This document shows, piece by piece, positions 56,165 through 64,000 of a stretch of 64,000 nt of DNA (positions are counted from its first letter, which is position 1; each line of letters starts with the position of its first letter). This stretch comes from a virus, in the IMG/VR virus record IMGVR_UViG_3300044960_000439; one strand, 5' to 3'. A program made the position numbers and the translations under genes. The notes beneath the pieces were generated by a model that was given only the letters and a program-made list of their open reading frames with translations, did no database searches and was not told where the DNA came from.

Positions 56165-56575
56165 ATGAGTCACGCTCAAAAGATTTGGCAGTCGCTTTGT
56201 ATGCATCGTGGCAAGGTTGTGATGGTAGTGCTTCTCATGACCACCCTTTTCGCTGCCTTCTACATTTTGAACAGCAATTCCGGCCTTGATAGGAAAGCAC
56301 AGGCAATTGCGGTTCAGTTGTCAAAACGAATTGGTGTACCATACAACGAGGCTTATTTGATTGCCAAGAGTACGTTGAAGGAAGCTGAGAAATTGCCTGA
56401 ACGCGGCAGCTTCTTCGAGAATATTTGGTACGGGTCTCCACGGGCCCGTTATTTGGAAAACACTATTGAGACGAGATTGAGGCGAGCCGGCATGTCCGGA
56501 TTTTGGTTGGGTAGTGAAGTCCGTACTTCGGTTCGCAGCGGCCTCCGTGAGGCCGCCGAGCCGCAGAAGAAGTAG
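56165..56575 (+). CDS. Membrane-anchored hypothetical protein
   Basis: GAGGG SD before ATG 56165; TM segment VVMVVLLMTTLFAAFYIL. Confidence 0.7.
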   Translation: MSHAQKIWQSLCMHRGKVVMVVLLMTTLFAAFYILNSNSGLDRKAQAIAVQLSKRIGVPYNEAYLIAKSTLKEAEKLPERGSFFENIWYGSPRARYLENTIETRLRRAGMSGFWLGSEVRTSVRSGLREAAEPQKK

Positions 56576-56583
56576 TTGTCCTG

Positions 56584-56627
56584 GGGCCTGCTGACCTACT
56601 CAGTAGGCCTCTTTTTTAGCTAAAAAA
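56584..56627 (+). terminator. Hairpin plus perfect palindrome TTTTTTAGCTAAAAAA
   Basis: GGCCTGCTGA/TCAGTAGGCC stem then 56612-56627 palindrome. Confidence 0.7.
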
Positions 56628-56742
56628 TAAATGCACGATATTTAATCTCGTGCACGTATTTATACGTGCGTTTTATTGCTTAGTTTAAGGTGCTTTTTTG
56701 CATTAATTGCACGTTCGTCAATGGACTTAGCTATAGAATTAA

Positions 56743-56760
56743 GGCATAAATAATTGGTGG
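56743..56760 (+). promoter_or_regulatory. Phage promoter-like motif GGCATAAATAATTGGTGG
   Basis: Followed by GGTGGAAA/TTTCCACC hairpin. Confidence 0.7.
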
Positions 56761-56822
56761 AAATTAGTTGTTTTCCACCGGCCATTCCCCGGGCCATTGA
56801 CGGGGAACAGGAAAGCAAGAAT

Positions 56823-57146
56823 ATGACTAGCACTAACAAGGTTGCAGGCTCAAGGATCGTTGTGTTTGAGGCAGAACTTGTGGAAATCTTGAAACAGAAG
56901 TCGCTGGCAGCCGCTGCCGGTTATTTGCATTCGCAAAACCTTCGCTACAACGGTAGCGCCTACCGCTACCGTTGCTTGTCTTCTGGCGATTTGTTCGACT
57001 TGCGCCGGCTGCCCGACGGGCGGCTAGTGCTGCGGAAATTGACTCCGCTCGGTGAGTTCCAGCATCCTCGGGCCGCTGATGCATTCGTGTACTCGGCGCG
57101 TGAAAACGCGCCGAAAGGAAAAGAATACTTCTGGGTCAAGATCTGA
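56823..57146 (+). CDS. GC-rich hypothetical protein
   Basis: ATG 56823 in frame with listed 56754; hairpin AGCGCGGC/GCCGCGCT follows the stop. Confidence 0.65.
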   Translation: MTSTNKVAGSRIVVFEAELVEILKQKSLAAAAGYLHSQNLRYNGSAYRYRCLSSGDLFDLRRLPDGRLVLRKLTPLGEFQHPRAADAFVYSARENAPKGKEYFWVKI

Positions 57147-57228
57147 CCCAGAGAGCGCGGCTTGCCCAAGGCCGCGCTATATAAATGAAAACTTGGGCTT
57201 TCTTTTTTACCTAAAGAGGAGCCCAGAT

Positions 57229-57867
57229 ATGTTACTAGCTCCACAGATATTTGAAGAAGAATTATCTTATCTCAAATGTGTGGATATTTGTTCTGACAAA
57301 TATGTTGTCACTAAATCTGATTTAGTTACGTTTGTTTCTTCTATTGGTGAGATGGAATTATTTGACGTGATTGGTAGGGAAGAATTTGATTCCAATAGAA
57401 TTAAGAAAGAATTAGAGCATGTGGAAGCCACTACAATTGCTGATCTAGTTCTAGATTATTTGAATTATGACTTTGATTCATATTTGCATGAATATGCGAA
57501 AGAACTTGGAAAAGAATTTGATGACTGCGTTGTTACTTGTTCTGAGGAAACAGAATTTGCTGCCTCCGATATTTTAGATACTTGTAACACGCTACTTAGC
57601 GTAGAAGTTGCTATCAAACAATATTTTGATGGTGTAAATAAAGAATTATTTGGATTGTTTTGTGACAAACGTCGTCATTTTGATACCTTACTTCAGATGC
57701 AAGATAATTTGAATGTATTAGCTCGTTATGTAAATTTGAATGAACTTAAAAATTGGCGTAAGCTTTGGAAGCCAAGGGTGAAGATTGATATCCCTTGGTG
57801 GCTTGATGGAACGCTGGAATTTCTGTGCAAGGATGCACAGAGAAAAGTTAAGAAAAAGAGTGAATAA
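57229..57867 (+). CDS. Acidic hypothetical protein
   Basis: GAGGAG SD before ATG 57229, in frame with listed 57052. Confidence 0.7.
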   Translation: MLLAPQIFEEELSYLKCVDICSDKYVVTKSDLVTFVSSIGEMELFDVIGREEFDSNRIKKELEHVEATTIADLVLDYLNYDFDSYLHEYAKELGKEFDDCVVTCSEETEFAASDILDTCNTLLSVEVAIKQYFDGVNKELFGLFCDKRRHFDTLLQMQDNLNVLARYVNLNELKNWRKLWKPRVKIDIPWWLDGTLEFLCKDAQRKVKKKSE

Positions 57868-57878
57868 ATAATTGGGTA
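57861..57878 (+). promoter_or_regulatory. Phage promoter-like motif variant TGAATAAATAATTGGGTA
   Basis: Matches the consensus except the first base; upstream of 57899. Confidence 0.55.
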
Positions 57879-57898
57879 GTTCCACCCAAGGAGGTGCT

Positions 57899-58198
57899 AT
57901 GAAACGCTTTCCAGGTATTTGTTTCGTCTTCATTTTGTTGATCCTGTCTGCTGGTAATTTGACGGTGTACGCTTCGAATAATGAATTGAACCAACCTCTT
58001 GAAAAGCAAGAGGTTATTAATATTTGCAAAGTGCTACTTGATGGGTATATGACTTTTATGATTGAGAAGAATAATTGTGAGCGGCTTGCCGCTGAAGCAC
58101 TTTATAAGCATTTGATCGAGCCTGCTAACGTTCTGTTGAATCATTTGTTTCCAAAGTATGCGAGGAAAATGGAGTACAGATTTGTGCAGGATAAGTGA
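57899..58198 (+). CDS. Small exported protein
   Basis: AAGGAGGT SD; signal peptide MKRFPGICFVFILLILSAG. Confidence 0.7.
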   Translation: MKRFPGICFVFILLILSAGNLTVYASNNELNQPLEKQEVINICKVLLDGYMTFMIEKNNCERLAAEALYKHLIEPANVLLNHLFPKYARKMEYRFVQDK

Positions 58199-58204
58199 AT
58201 TAAT

Positions 58205-58245
58205 AGCCCCAGGAAATTACTCCTGGGGCTTTATTTTAGCTAAAA
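58205..58245 (+). terminator. Hairpin plus TTTTAGCTAAAA
   Basis: AGCCCCAGGA-aattac-TCCTGGGGCT then TTATTTTAGCTAAAA. Confidence 0.75.
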
Positions 58246-58262
58246 CTGTTCAAGGAAGAACT

Positions 58263-58742
58263 ATGATTGATTCTGATTTCGAAATTATAGAACGAAATCT
58301 GAATAGTAGATTTATTTGTCGTAGTTCTTCTGTATATGGAGATTTAGCAAAAGTAATTTCTGTAGAGACTATACATAAATTGCATAACGGAGAACCTGTA
58401 ACTATTTATGTTTGTCTCACCAGATACTTTTATCCTTGCATATTTATCTCTGATTCGAGAAAGGCTAAAGATTATTTATTAGATAAGAAAGCTAAATTAG
58501 AACTGACTATAGAGGAAAATGAATACTTTTCACAACGTGATGTATGCGTTTTTAATTCATTTATCATTTCTCTAAGCCCGCTTCATATGTCAGTTGATGA
58601 TTTGATAGCCCATATTGGAGATATAATCAGCAATATTACTGATTGTATAATTTATGTAATTAATAATAGAACTAAAGATACATTAGACTGGAGACTGGAT
58701 TGTGTAACAAATGGAAAATATGGCATAAATAAGTGGACGTGA
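58263..58742 (+). CDS. Hypothetical protein
   Basis: ATG 58263 after the terminator, in frame with listed 58158. Confidence 0.6.
   Translation: MIDSDFEIIERNLNSRFICRSSSVYGDLAKVISVETIHKLHNGEPVTIYVCLTRYFYPCIFISDSRKAKDYLLDKKAKLELTIEENEYFSQRDVCVFNSFIISLSPLHMSVDDLIAHIGDIISNITDCIIYVINNRTKDTLDWRLDCVTNGKYGINKWT
58722..58739 (+). promoter_or_regulatory. Phage promoter-like motif GGCATAAATAAGTGGACG
   Basis: Immediately upstream of the structured GC-rich block. Confidence 0.65.
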
Positions 58743-59057
58743 GTCCACCCTCCTCCGGGAGGGTTTTAGGTTGGGTGCCAGAAACCCTGTAGCTGCGAGC
58801 ACAGCTACATGGCGGAGGCTAACCGACGTGAGGGAGTCGGGGGTACATGCACAGCCCGGTATTCGACATGCTCGGGTCGAATACAAGGGATGCATGTGCC
58901 ACGGGTTCGAGACCCAAAACCCCTCTTTTTAGACCTGCAGCGAATTGCCCTTTCTAGGGATGTCCCCGCGCTGCAGGTCGTTAACCTATCAAGGGAATCT
59001 CTGCCTTTTTTAGATAAAAAGGTAGGGATTGGGACGTCCCAGCCTGGCCGCTAGGCT
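58740..59057 (+). ncRNA. Candidate ~320-nt structured non-coding RNA of unknown class
   Basis: At least 8 stems, several with G-U pairs (details in findings); GC-rich island with no credible CDS; directly behind a promoter motif. Confidence 0.55.
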
Positions 59058-59076
59058 TTAGTGGCAGGAGCTAGAT

Positions 59077-59769
59077 ATGAAGAACCTAAAAAACATTTGC
59101 ACGCGAGTTGAAGCTCGGGAGTATTTGGAATCGCTTGATTTGCCTGAGTCTGTAATTGAGGCGCTCTTGAAGGAGACCGCACTTGATCGACACAATTGGA
59201 GGACGAGTCGGGCACTTGAAGCAGCGAAAAATTGGGTCGTTAGTTGTTGGGGGATGGAGGAACATAAAATTGGGGAGTATGTTGTGGCGGCGCAGGTTAG
59301 CGCCGTCTTGCTTGCTGATTGCTTTGGTATTGGAGGTCATTTGGGCGTTTCGGGTGCCGGCACTAAAAGACACCCGGCTTTGGTAGGCCTTGGAAAAGGC
59401 CGGAAGAATTGTAGTGATGGTCCAGCTTGGTCGGCGGCAATTCGCGCCGCCGTCGATAATTGTCGTGGATATTTTGCCCCGTCATATATGGATGGTATTT
59501 GCTTGGCTTATTATGTTGATTATTGGAATATGTTGACCCTGCTTAATTCGAAACTTATTCCATTTGAATGGCAATTGACGATTGCCCGTGAGGGGTTGAG
59601 GAGGTCCTTTGGGCTTGATCCTTGGTTCCCGGACTTGTTGGACTTTGTTAGGGCTGACGAGAACACTTGCACGGGTTGGGCTCAATTGGTTGACTACTTG
59701 ACTGAGGAATTGGAAAAAGCAAGGCAACAAGCTGAAGAGGAGCAGCCTGAGGAGGCTGCTTCGACTTAA
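59077..59769 (+). CDS. Hypothetical protein, 230 aa
   Basis: AGGAG SD; ORF track. Confidence 0.72.
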   Translation: MKNLKNICTRVEAREYLESLDLPESVIEALLKETALDRHNWRTSRALEAAKNWVVSCWGMEEHKIGEYVVAAQVSAVLLADCFGIGGHLGVSGAGTKRHPALVGLGKGRKNCSDGPAWSAAIRAAVDNCRGYFAPSYMDGICLAYYVDYWNMLTLLNSKLIPFEWQLTIAREGLRRSFGLDPWFPDLLDFVRADENTCTGWAQLVDYLTEELEKARQQAEEEQPEEAAST

Positions 59770-59836
59770 TTGCTACGTATTATTTGTTTGGCTACTTGTT
59801 TTTTTAGCTCAAATATTTCGGAAAGGAGGGTTATTT

Positions 59837-60907
59837 ATGAAAATCTCTAGCATGCATCTCACTAATGTTGGTCCAATTAAGGATGCTCAAGTTAATTTTG
59901 GCGATTTAACGATATTATTAGGACCTAATGATCTAGGTAAAAGCATTTTTTTACAGCTATTTAGGCTAGCACTTGATTATGGATACATTAATGATGAATT
60001 AACAAAGTATGGAATAGATTGGAATGGTTCTTTATCTCTGTTTCTTGAATCGTATCTAGGAACTGGATTACAGAGCGTTTGGCAAAATGATAGTAGTATT
60101 AAACTAAATGGTAAGCCAATAAATTTGAAGCAAATGGTACAAAAGCCAAGCAAAGCAATAGAACCCACTGTATTTTATATTCCCGCCCAGCGGCTTTTGA
60201 TGTTCACCCACAACTGGATTAAACCTTTCACAGAATTTAGATATATGGATCCGTTTGCCATTAAAGATTTTAGCGAAACGCTCCGTAGGGCAGTAGATCA
60301 TAGAATGATGAAGAAGAGAAATTATTTGAAGCCTTGGCTTTTGAAGGCAATTAGTAAGGATATTTTTGGAAATTTAAATTTAGATATTGCTATATATTCT
60401 TTTAGGAAAAGCATTGTGCTTGGAGATAGTAAGAAGGATACTGTCATTCCTATTGATAATTGCTCTATAGGACAAAGAGCTTTTGTTCCTCTGCTTCTAG
60501 GAATTCAATGGTTATTGCATGAGGCAGCTGATAAGAAAGGTAATTCAATTAAGTGGGTAATTATTGAAGAACCTGAATTAGGTTTACAATTATGCACTCA
60601 TTCTTCTCTCTTTTCTTCTATCTTTCATACATTATTTCTATTGATTACTGGGCTGCTTCAAAAGGGCTATAACGTTTGCATTAGTACACATTCTGAGCAG
60701 GTATTTGCTTTTGCTTGGTTAGCTCGTTACTTGAAGTCTTGCAGCAAATATCCGTCAGGATTGATTACCTGGCTTCAACCAAATAATTCAACGGAATTAG
60801 AGGATTCAGTTAAATATTTATGTAAAAGAAATGTTATGGTCTATGAATTTGACAATAGCGGGCTGGCTGCGGATATTTCACAAGAATATTGTCATAGTAT
60901 GATGTAA
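59837..60907 (+). CDS. ABC-type (AAA_15/AAA_21-like) ATPase
   Basis: N-terminal MKISSMHLTNVGPI, Walker A GPNDLGKS, YIPAQR, signature-like SIGQR, Walker B IIEEPELGL, H-loop STHSE. Confidence 0.82.
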   Translation: MKISSMHLTNVGPIKDAQVNFGDLTILLGPNDLGKSIFLQLFRLALDYGYINDELTKYGIDWNGSLSLFLESYLGTGLQSVWQNDSSIKLNGKPINLKQMVQKPSKAIEPTVFYIPAQRLLMFTHNWIKPFTEFRYMDPFAIKDFSETLRRAVDHRMMKKRNYLKPWLLKAISKDIFGNLNLDIAIYSFRKSIVLGDSKKDTVIPIDNCSIGQRAFVPLLLGIQWLLHEAADKKGNSIKWVIIEEPELGLQLCTHSSLFSSIFHTLFLLITGLLQKGYNVCISTHSEQVFAFAWLARYLKSCSKYPSGLITWLQPNNSTELEDSVKYLCKRNVMVYEFDNSGLAADISQEYCHSMM

Positions 60908-60938
60908 AACTGATTTTTTAGCATGGAGGTTTTGAGAA

Positions 60939-61250
60939 GTGAGCATTTATTTTCCGGTCGGCAAACCTAATATCATTAGATGGTATTCCCCTGACGGGAA
61001 GCACTCGGCGGTGCTACATGTGACGAGCACCACGAATCCGAGGGCTAATGATACCTTGACATTTTACTTCCGGGATTACAATGGTAACCCAGCGACAGCG
61101 CTTGATGGATTAGTTCTATCCTTAGATGGGGTCACCTCTGTCATTGGTACAGAGGTGCGGGCATACGTAGACAGGAATATATTAGCTACTGTATTTAGCC
61201 CTAAGATGACTTTGAAGGTAGGTAATGATATTTGGATTATGAATAAATGA
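60939..61250 (+). CDS. Small hypothetical protein
   Basis: GGAGGT SD, GTG start. Confidence 0.65.
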   Translation: MSIYFPVGKPNIIRWYSPDGKHSAVLHVTSTTNPRANDTLTFYFRDYNGNPATALDGLVLSLDGVTSVIGTEVRAYVDRNILATVFSPKMTLKVGNDIWIMNK

Positions 61251-61379
61251 GATGAAGATAGTAGCAGGGGCCAGATGATCCCCTGACGGGGACAGGGGAC
61301 ACACGATTCAGCTGCATATAGTTTAGGCTTGATCGTAATTCGATAATAAAATAAGATTATATCTAGCCCCCTCCTTGCG

Positions 61380-61423
61380 CCCCCGGTCGCGCCCTTGTGG
61401 CGTGGCCGGGGGTTTTTTATTTT
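61380..61423 (+). terminator. Strong intrinsic terminator
   Basis: CCCCCGGTCGCGCC-cttgt-GGCGTGGCCGGGGG then TTTTTTATTTT. Confidence 0.8.
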
Positions 61424-61543
61424 CGCAGCTTCAAGCATTTGCTTCTTTTTTAGCTCAATGAGAAAGAAGAAGAGGGGCTACTTGTTTTCGGGTGCCCGCA
61501 TTCGGAAAGGCTTCTGGGGGCCAGACGAACGCGCTGCTAAGCT

Positions 61544-61561
61544 GGAATAAATAATTGGGAG
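61544..61561 (+). promoter_or_regulatory. Phage promoter-like motif GGAATAAATAATTGGGAG
   Basis: Followed by GGCCCC/GGGGCC hairpin. Confidence 0.7.
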
Positions 61562-61611
61562 GCCCCTGCTGTGGGGGCCGATTTGAGTCCACGTACATAA
61601 GGAGCATAAGC

Positions 61612-61797
61612 ATGTACGTGGTTATCTTCTCGTATTCTGAACGGGGGCCGGTGCGGCGGCTCCCGTTCAAGGCTAAGAGCCGGGCTATTCGGGCGGCCCG
61701 GCTCCTTGAGAAGGCAGGCCTTCGGGCTTGCCTCATTAGCCCGTATCCCCTGCGGACTTCCCCGCAGGGGAACAAGGAAATGAAGCCCCGGGTTTGA
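61612..61797 (+). CDS. Small basic GC-rich protein (MYVVIFSY..)
   Basis: AAGGAG SD before ATG 61612; has its own promoter motif and terminator. Confidence 0.65.
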   Translation: MYVVIFSYSERGPVRRLPFKAKSRAIRAARLLEKAGLRACLISPYPLRTSPQGNKEMKPRV

Positions 61798-61974
61798 TCC
61801 TGGGGCGGCTCCTGGGAGGTCGGTCTCTACTCCCAGGAGTAAAAAGCATAGAGACCTTCTTTTTTAGCTAAAAAACAATGATTTTTTAGTTAATAATAAA
61901 AGCTAATTAGTTAGTAACAAAGCTAGTTTTTTTATAAGCAAGCTATAGCTGTATGGGCAAGGTAGGAAGTAGCA

Positions 61975-61992
61975 GGCATAAGTAATTGGAAG
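61975..61992 (+). promoter_or_regulatory. Phage promoter-like motif GGCATAAGTAATTGGAAG
   Basis: Followed by GGCCTCC/GGAGGCC hairpin. Confidence 0.68.
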
Positions 61993-62039
61993 GCCTCCGC
62001 CGTGGAGGCCGAATTCGTTCCGCGTCCGGGAGGGGAAAA

Positions 62040-62252
62040 ATGTACGCGGTGCTAATATACCATACGAAGGGCAGCGACCTGACAGGCCACGAGGTCGAGC
62101 GGGTGAACTTCACCACCCTCTCGGCGGCCGAGGAGGCCGCCGAGAAGGCTCAGCACGAGGGCAAGGATGCCATCGTGCTGCACATCATCCGCCAGCCCTA
62201 CCGATTTACGGTAGGGCCCGACGGGATCATCCGGGACATTGAGTGGTGCTAG
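62040..62252 (+). CDS. Small GC-rich protein (MYAVLIYH..)
   Basis: GGGAGG SD before ATG 62040; terminator 62270-62317 follows. Confidence 0.68.
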   Translation: MYAVLIYHTKGSDLTGHEVERVNFTTLSAAEEAAEKAQHEGKDAIVLHIIRQPYRFTVGPDGIIRDIEWC

Positions 62253-62269
62253 CCGCTCGGTGTCCCACT

Positions 62270-62317
62270 AGCCCCAGCCGCGCCAGGACGGCGTTGCTGG
62301 GGCTTTCTTTTTTAGCA
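62270..62317 (+). terminator. Terminator hairpin with TTTTTTAGC tail
   Basis: AGCCCCAGC..GCTGGGGCT then TTCTTTTTTAGCA. Confidence 0.75.
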
Positions 62318-62586
62318 CTAATCCCCTTACTTCTTTTTTAGCTAAAGAAAACAATATTTGCTTTTTAATTCATTACATTAACAACTGTTGTCATTATATA
62401 GCATACTTCCTTTCTTTATCGCTCTTTCATTTATAGCTACCTCTCGCTCATTCTCTCTCTATCTTTACTGCTTTTATTCTATACTCGCATTCTATTAAAG
62501 GTAAGTAATAGTAACACATAATCGCCTATTGTATTATTGTTAATGTATATAGAGATGTATATTTATATTGTCTATGGATTATTCAA

Positions 62587-63090
62587 TTGCTTATTTATAT
62601 ATATCACTCTTCTAGAGTAGATCTTATATTTAAGCTACTATGAATGACAAGCATGGATAAGCACTCCTTCGCTCTTCTATATATATAGCTCGCTTGTTTG
62701 TTATACATTGCTTATTTCTATGTTACTCTTTGAGAGTAAATATATCAGTCATTATTACTGAAATGATAAACAGAGATAAGCACTCCTTCGCTCTTCTACG
62801 TATACATATTCAGCTATAGCTATCGTCTTAATGTACTTAATATGCTTATCTATATATTACTCTTCGAGAGTAAATATGATATTCAATCTATTATGAATGA
62901 TGGATATGGATAAGCATACACATACTCTCTCTTATATATCTATATCTCCTTTTTAATATACTTAATTTGCTTATTCCTATGTTACTCTTTGAGAGTAAAC
63001 ATATCATTCATATTTCTGGAATGACAAACAAGTTTCTGGAATGACAAACAAGGATAAGTACTCACTCTCTTCTATATATTCTCTCTCTTC
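62587..63090 (+). repeat. Four degenerate ~121-134-bp tandem repeats with internal palindromes
   Basis: Units start at 62587, 62708, 62842 and 62967; each TGCTTAT..TTACTCT-N3-AGAGTAA..AATGA..GATAAG(C/T)A; unit 4 contains an exact 20-nt duplication at 63013/63033. Confidence 0.75.
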
Positions 63091-63487
63091 TATCCATCGC
63101 TATTACCGCTCTCTCTTCTATATACTTCTACGATACAGCTTCCTCCCAGGAGTAATATCTCTCTTAGAAGCAGCTAATAGCTATGCAGTTGAATGCTATT
63201 ACTTACTTAGTAATTATTATTGTTAATAACGATAGAAATCTAATAAAAATGAGCAAAAAAGTCGTTTTATAGGAAGCCCGTTTTAGCCACGAAATTAAAA
63301 ATAGGTATTAGAGATCGTTGAGTGCTAGCGGGCTCTAGAACGCTTCCTATTGCGTTTAAACGCATGCTTTGCTGTCTCAAAATGAGACTTCGCTCCTCGA
63401 AGGAAAATTTCCAGTCTCAATAAAAATCCTAATTTTCACTAAAAATTTCCCAGAAAATTTGCCCTAACTTAGAATTGCTCTTGACTT

Positions 63488-63518
63488 TTGACACTTTTTC
63501 TGGGAGAAAAAGTGTCAA
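63488..63518. repeat. Perfect 14-3-14 inverted repeat
   Basis: TTGACACTTTTTCT-GGG-AGAAAAAGTGTCAA. Confidence 0.8.
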
Positions 63519-63660
63519 CTTTTGATAATCAACACAACTTACGTCAATTCCTCCTATCACTTTCCATCCTTTCCAGTCAGTCTCAATAAGAATTTTAGTT
63601 ATTAATGTTAATCAACTTAGTAATGATTCATAATAATAGTACTCAAGATATCCCAGCACT

Positions 63661-63775
63661 ATTACTATTGTAAGCAGATTACTATCGTAAACTAATTACT
63701 ATCGTAAACTATTATTGACGTAAACTAATTACTGACGTAAGCGATATTACTATCGTATACTATCGTATACTATTG
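63661..63775 (+). repeat. Six ~17-bp iteron-like tandem repeats (consensus ATTACTATCGTAAACTA)
   Basis: Units at 63661, 63678, 63695, 63711, 63728 and 63746. Confidence 0.75.
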
Positions 63776-63897
63776 CATTAGCGATAAGTAGCAGCCTTTG
63801 AGTAGCTGCTTAAGTTATCTTAGGTCGGCTTAAGAGCGCCGCCAAAATTTTCACCTCCTGCATATGAAGACACCCCGCACGGGGGTAGAAGGGGGCT

Positions 63898-64000
63898 AGC
63901 CAAGAAGAGAGAAAAGAGTATCCATTTATTATTCTATACAGATATCAATGTATATAAACAGCCAAAAGAAGAGAAGAGAGTATCTATTTATTCTATAGCC
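63898..64000 (+). repeat. Purine-rich direct repeat (2 copies, runs off the window)
   Basis: GCCAA(A)AGAAGAGA..GAGTATC(C/T)ATTTATT..CTATA at ~63899 and ~63961. Confidence 0.6.

Noticed and set aside
58740-59057. tmRNA- or RNase P-like identity for the structured block (TATTCGAC, GGGTTCGA, GGGTGCCAG, GAGTCC)
   Set aside because: TTCGAC is locked in a local hairpin and there is no tRNA-like acceptor; the RNase P GAGGAAAGUCC and P4 partner are absent
59745-59765. GCCTGAGGAGGCTGCTTCGAC, resembling the CRISPR repeat (GCCT..AGGC..CTTCGAC)
   Set aside because: Much shorter, lacks the CGAAGA/TCTTCG stem and the GCAAT 5' end, and encodes the C-terminus of 59077..59769; probably chance
63041-63226. 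61-aa ORF in the right-end region
   Set aside because: Low-complexity translation of the repeat and pyrimidine tract; no SD
62587-63775. Right-end repeats as CRISPR arrays
   Set aside because: The 17-bp units are contiguous without unique spacers; the 125-bp units are degenerate along their whole length

Overview
The window is a 64-kb piece of a large, AT-rich dsDNA bacteriophage genome. Every credible gene is on the + strand except one IS-borne tnpB. No terminase, capsid or polymerase gene lies inside it. Several cargo proteins resemble Planctomycetota-type proteins, so that host is a tentative inference. Left to right: a tandem array of small MK(I/V)-start paralogues; dcd and an SSB-tail protein; a first MoxR-like AAA+/VWA pair; a virion and accessory block (two GT2-sulfotransferase-like fusions, a DUF1937-dNTP diphosphohydrolase fusion, a metallophosphoesterase, tail proteins); an Rnl1 RNA ligase; a tnpB-only IS200/IS605 element; a 1638-aa internally duplicated tail protein; and DHFR. 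Next come two more AAA+/VWA pairs, four dispersed tRNAs that all read A-ending codons (Val-UAC, Ile-UAU, Arg-UCU, Lys-UUU), a second small-paralogue array, a second tnpB IS, GC-rich small genes, and a 1.7-kb non-coding, repeat-rich right end that looks like an origin or terminus. The most notable system lies at about 41.7-45.7 kb. It is a phage-borne type V-U1/Cas12m-like RuvC effector with all three catalytic acidic residues present and an apparent ACG start codon. Downstream is a 2-repeat CRISPR mini-array whose last repeat sits 14 nt from tRNA-Ile(UAU). A third, orphan repeat lies 3.7 kb upstream, just behind a phage promoter-like motif. No cas1, cas2 or cas4 is present. Also notable are a recurring GG(C/A)ATAAATA-N2-TGG promoter-like motif usually followed by a hairpin, a recurring TTTTTTAGCT terminator tail, and a ~320-nt highly structured candidate ncRNA at 58.74-59.06 kb. 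All family assignments come from motif recognition by eye; no database searches were run.
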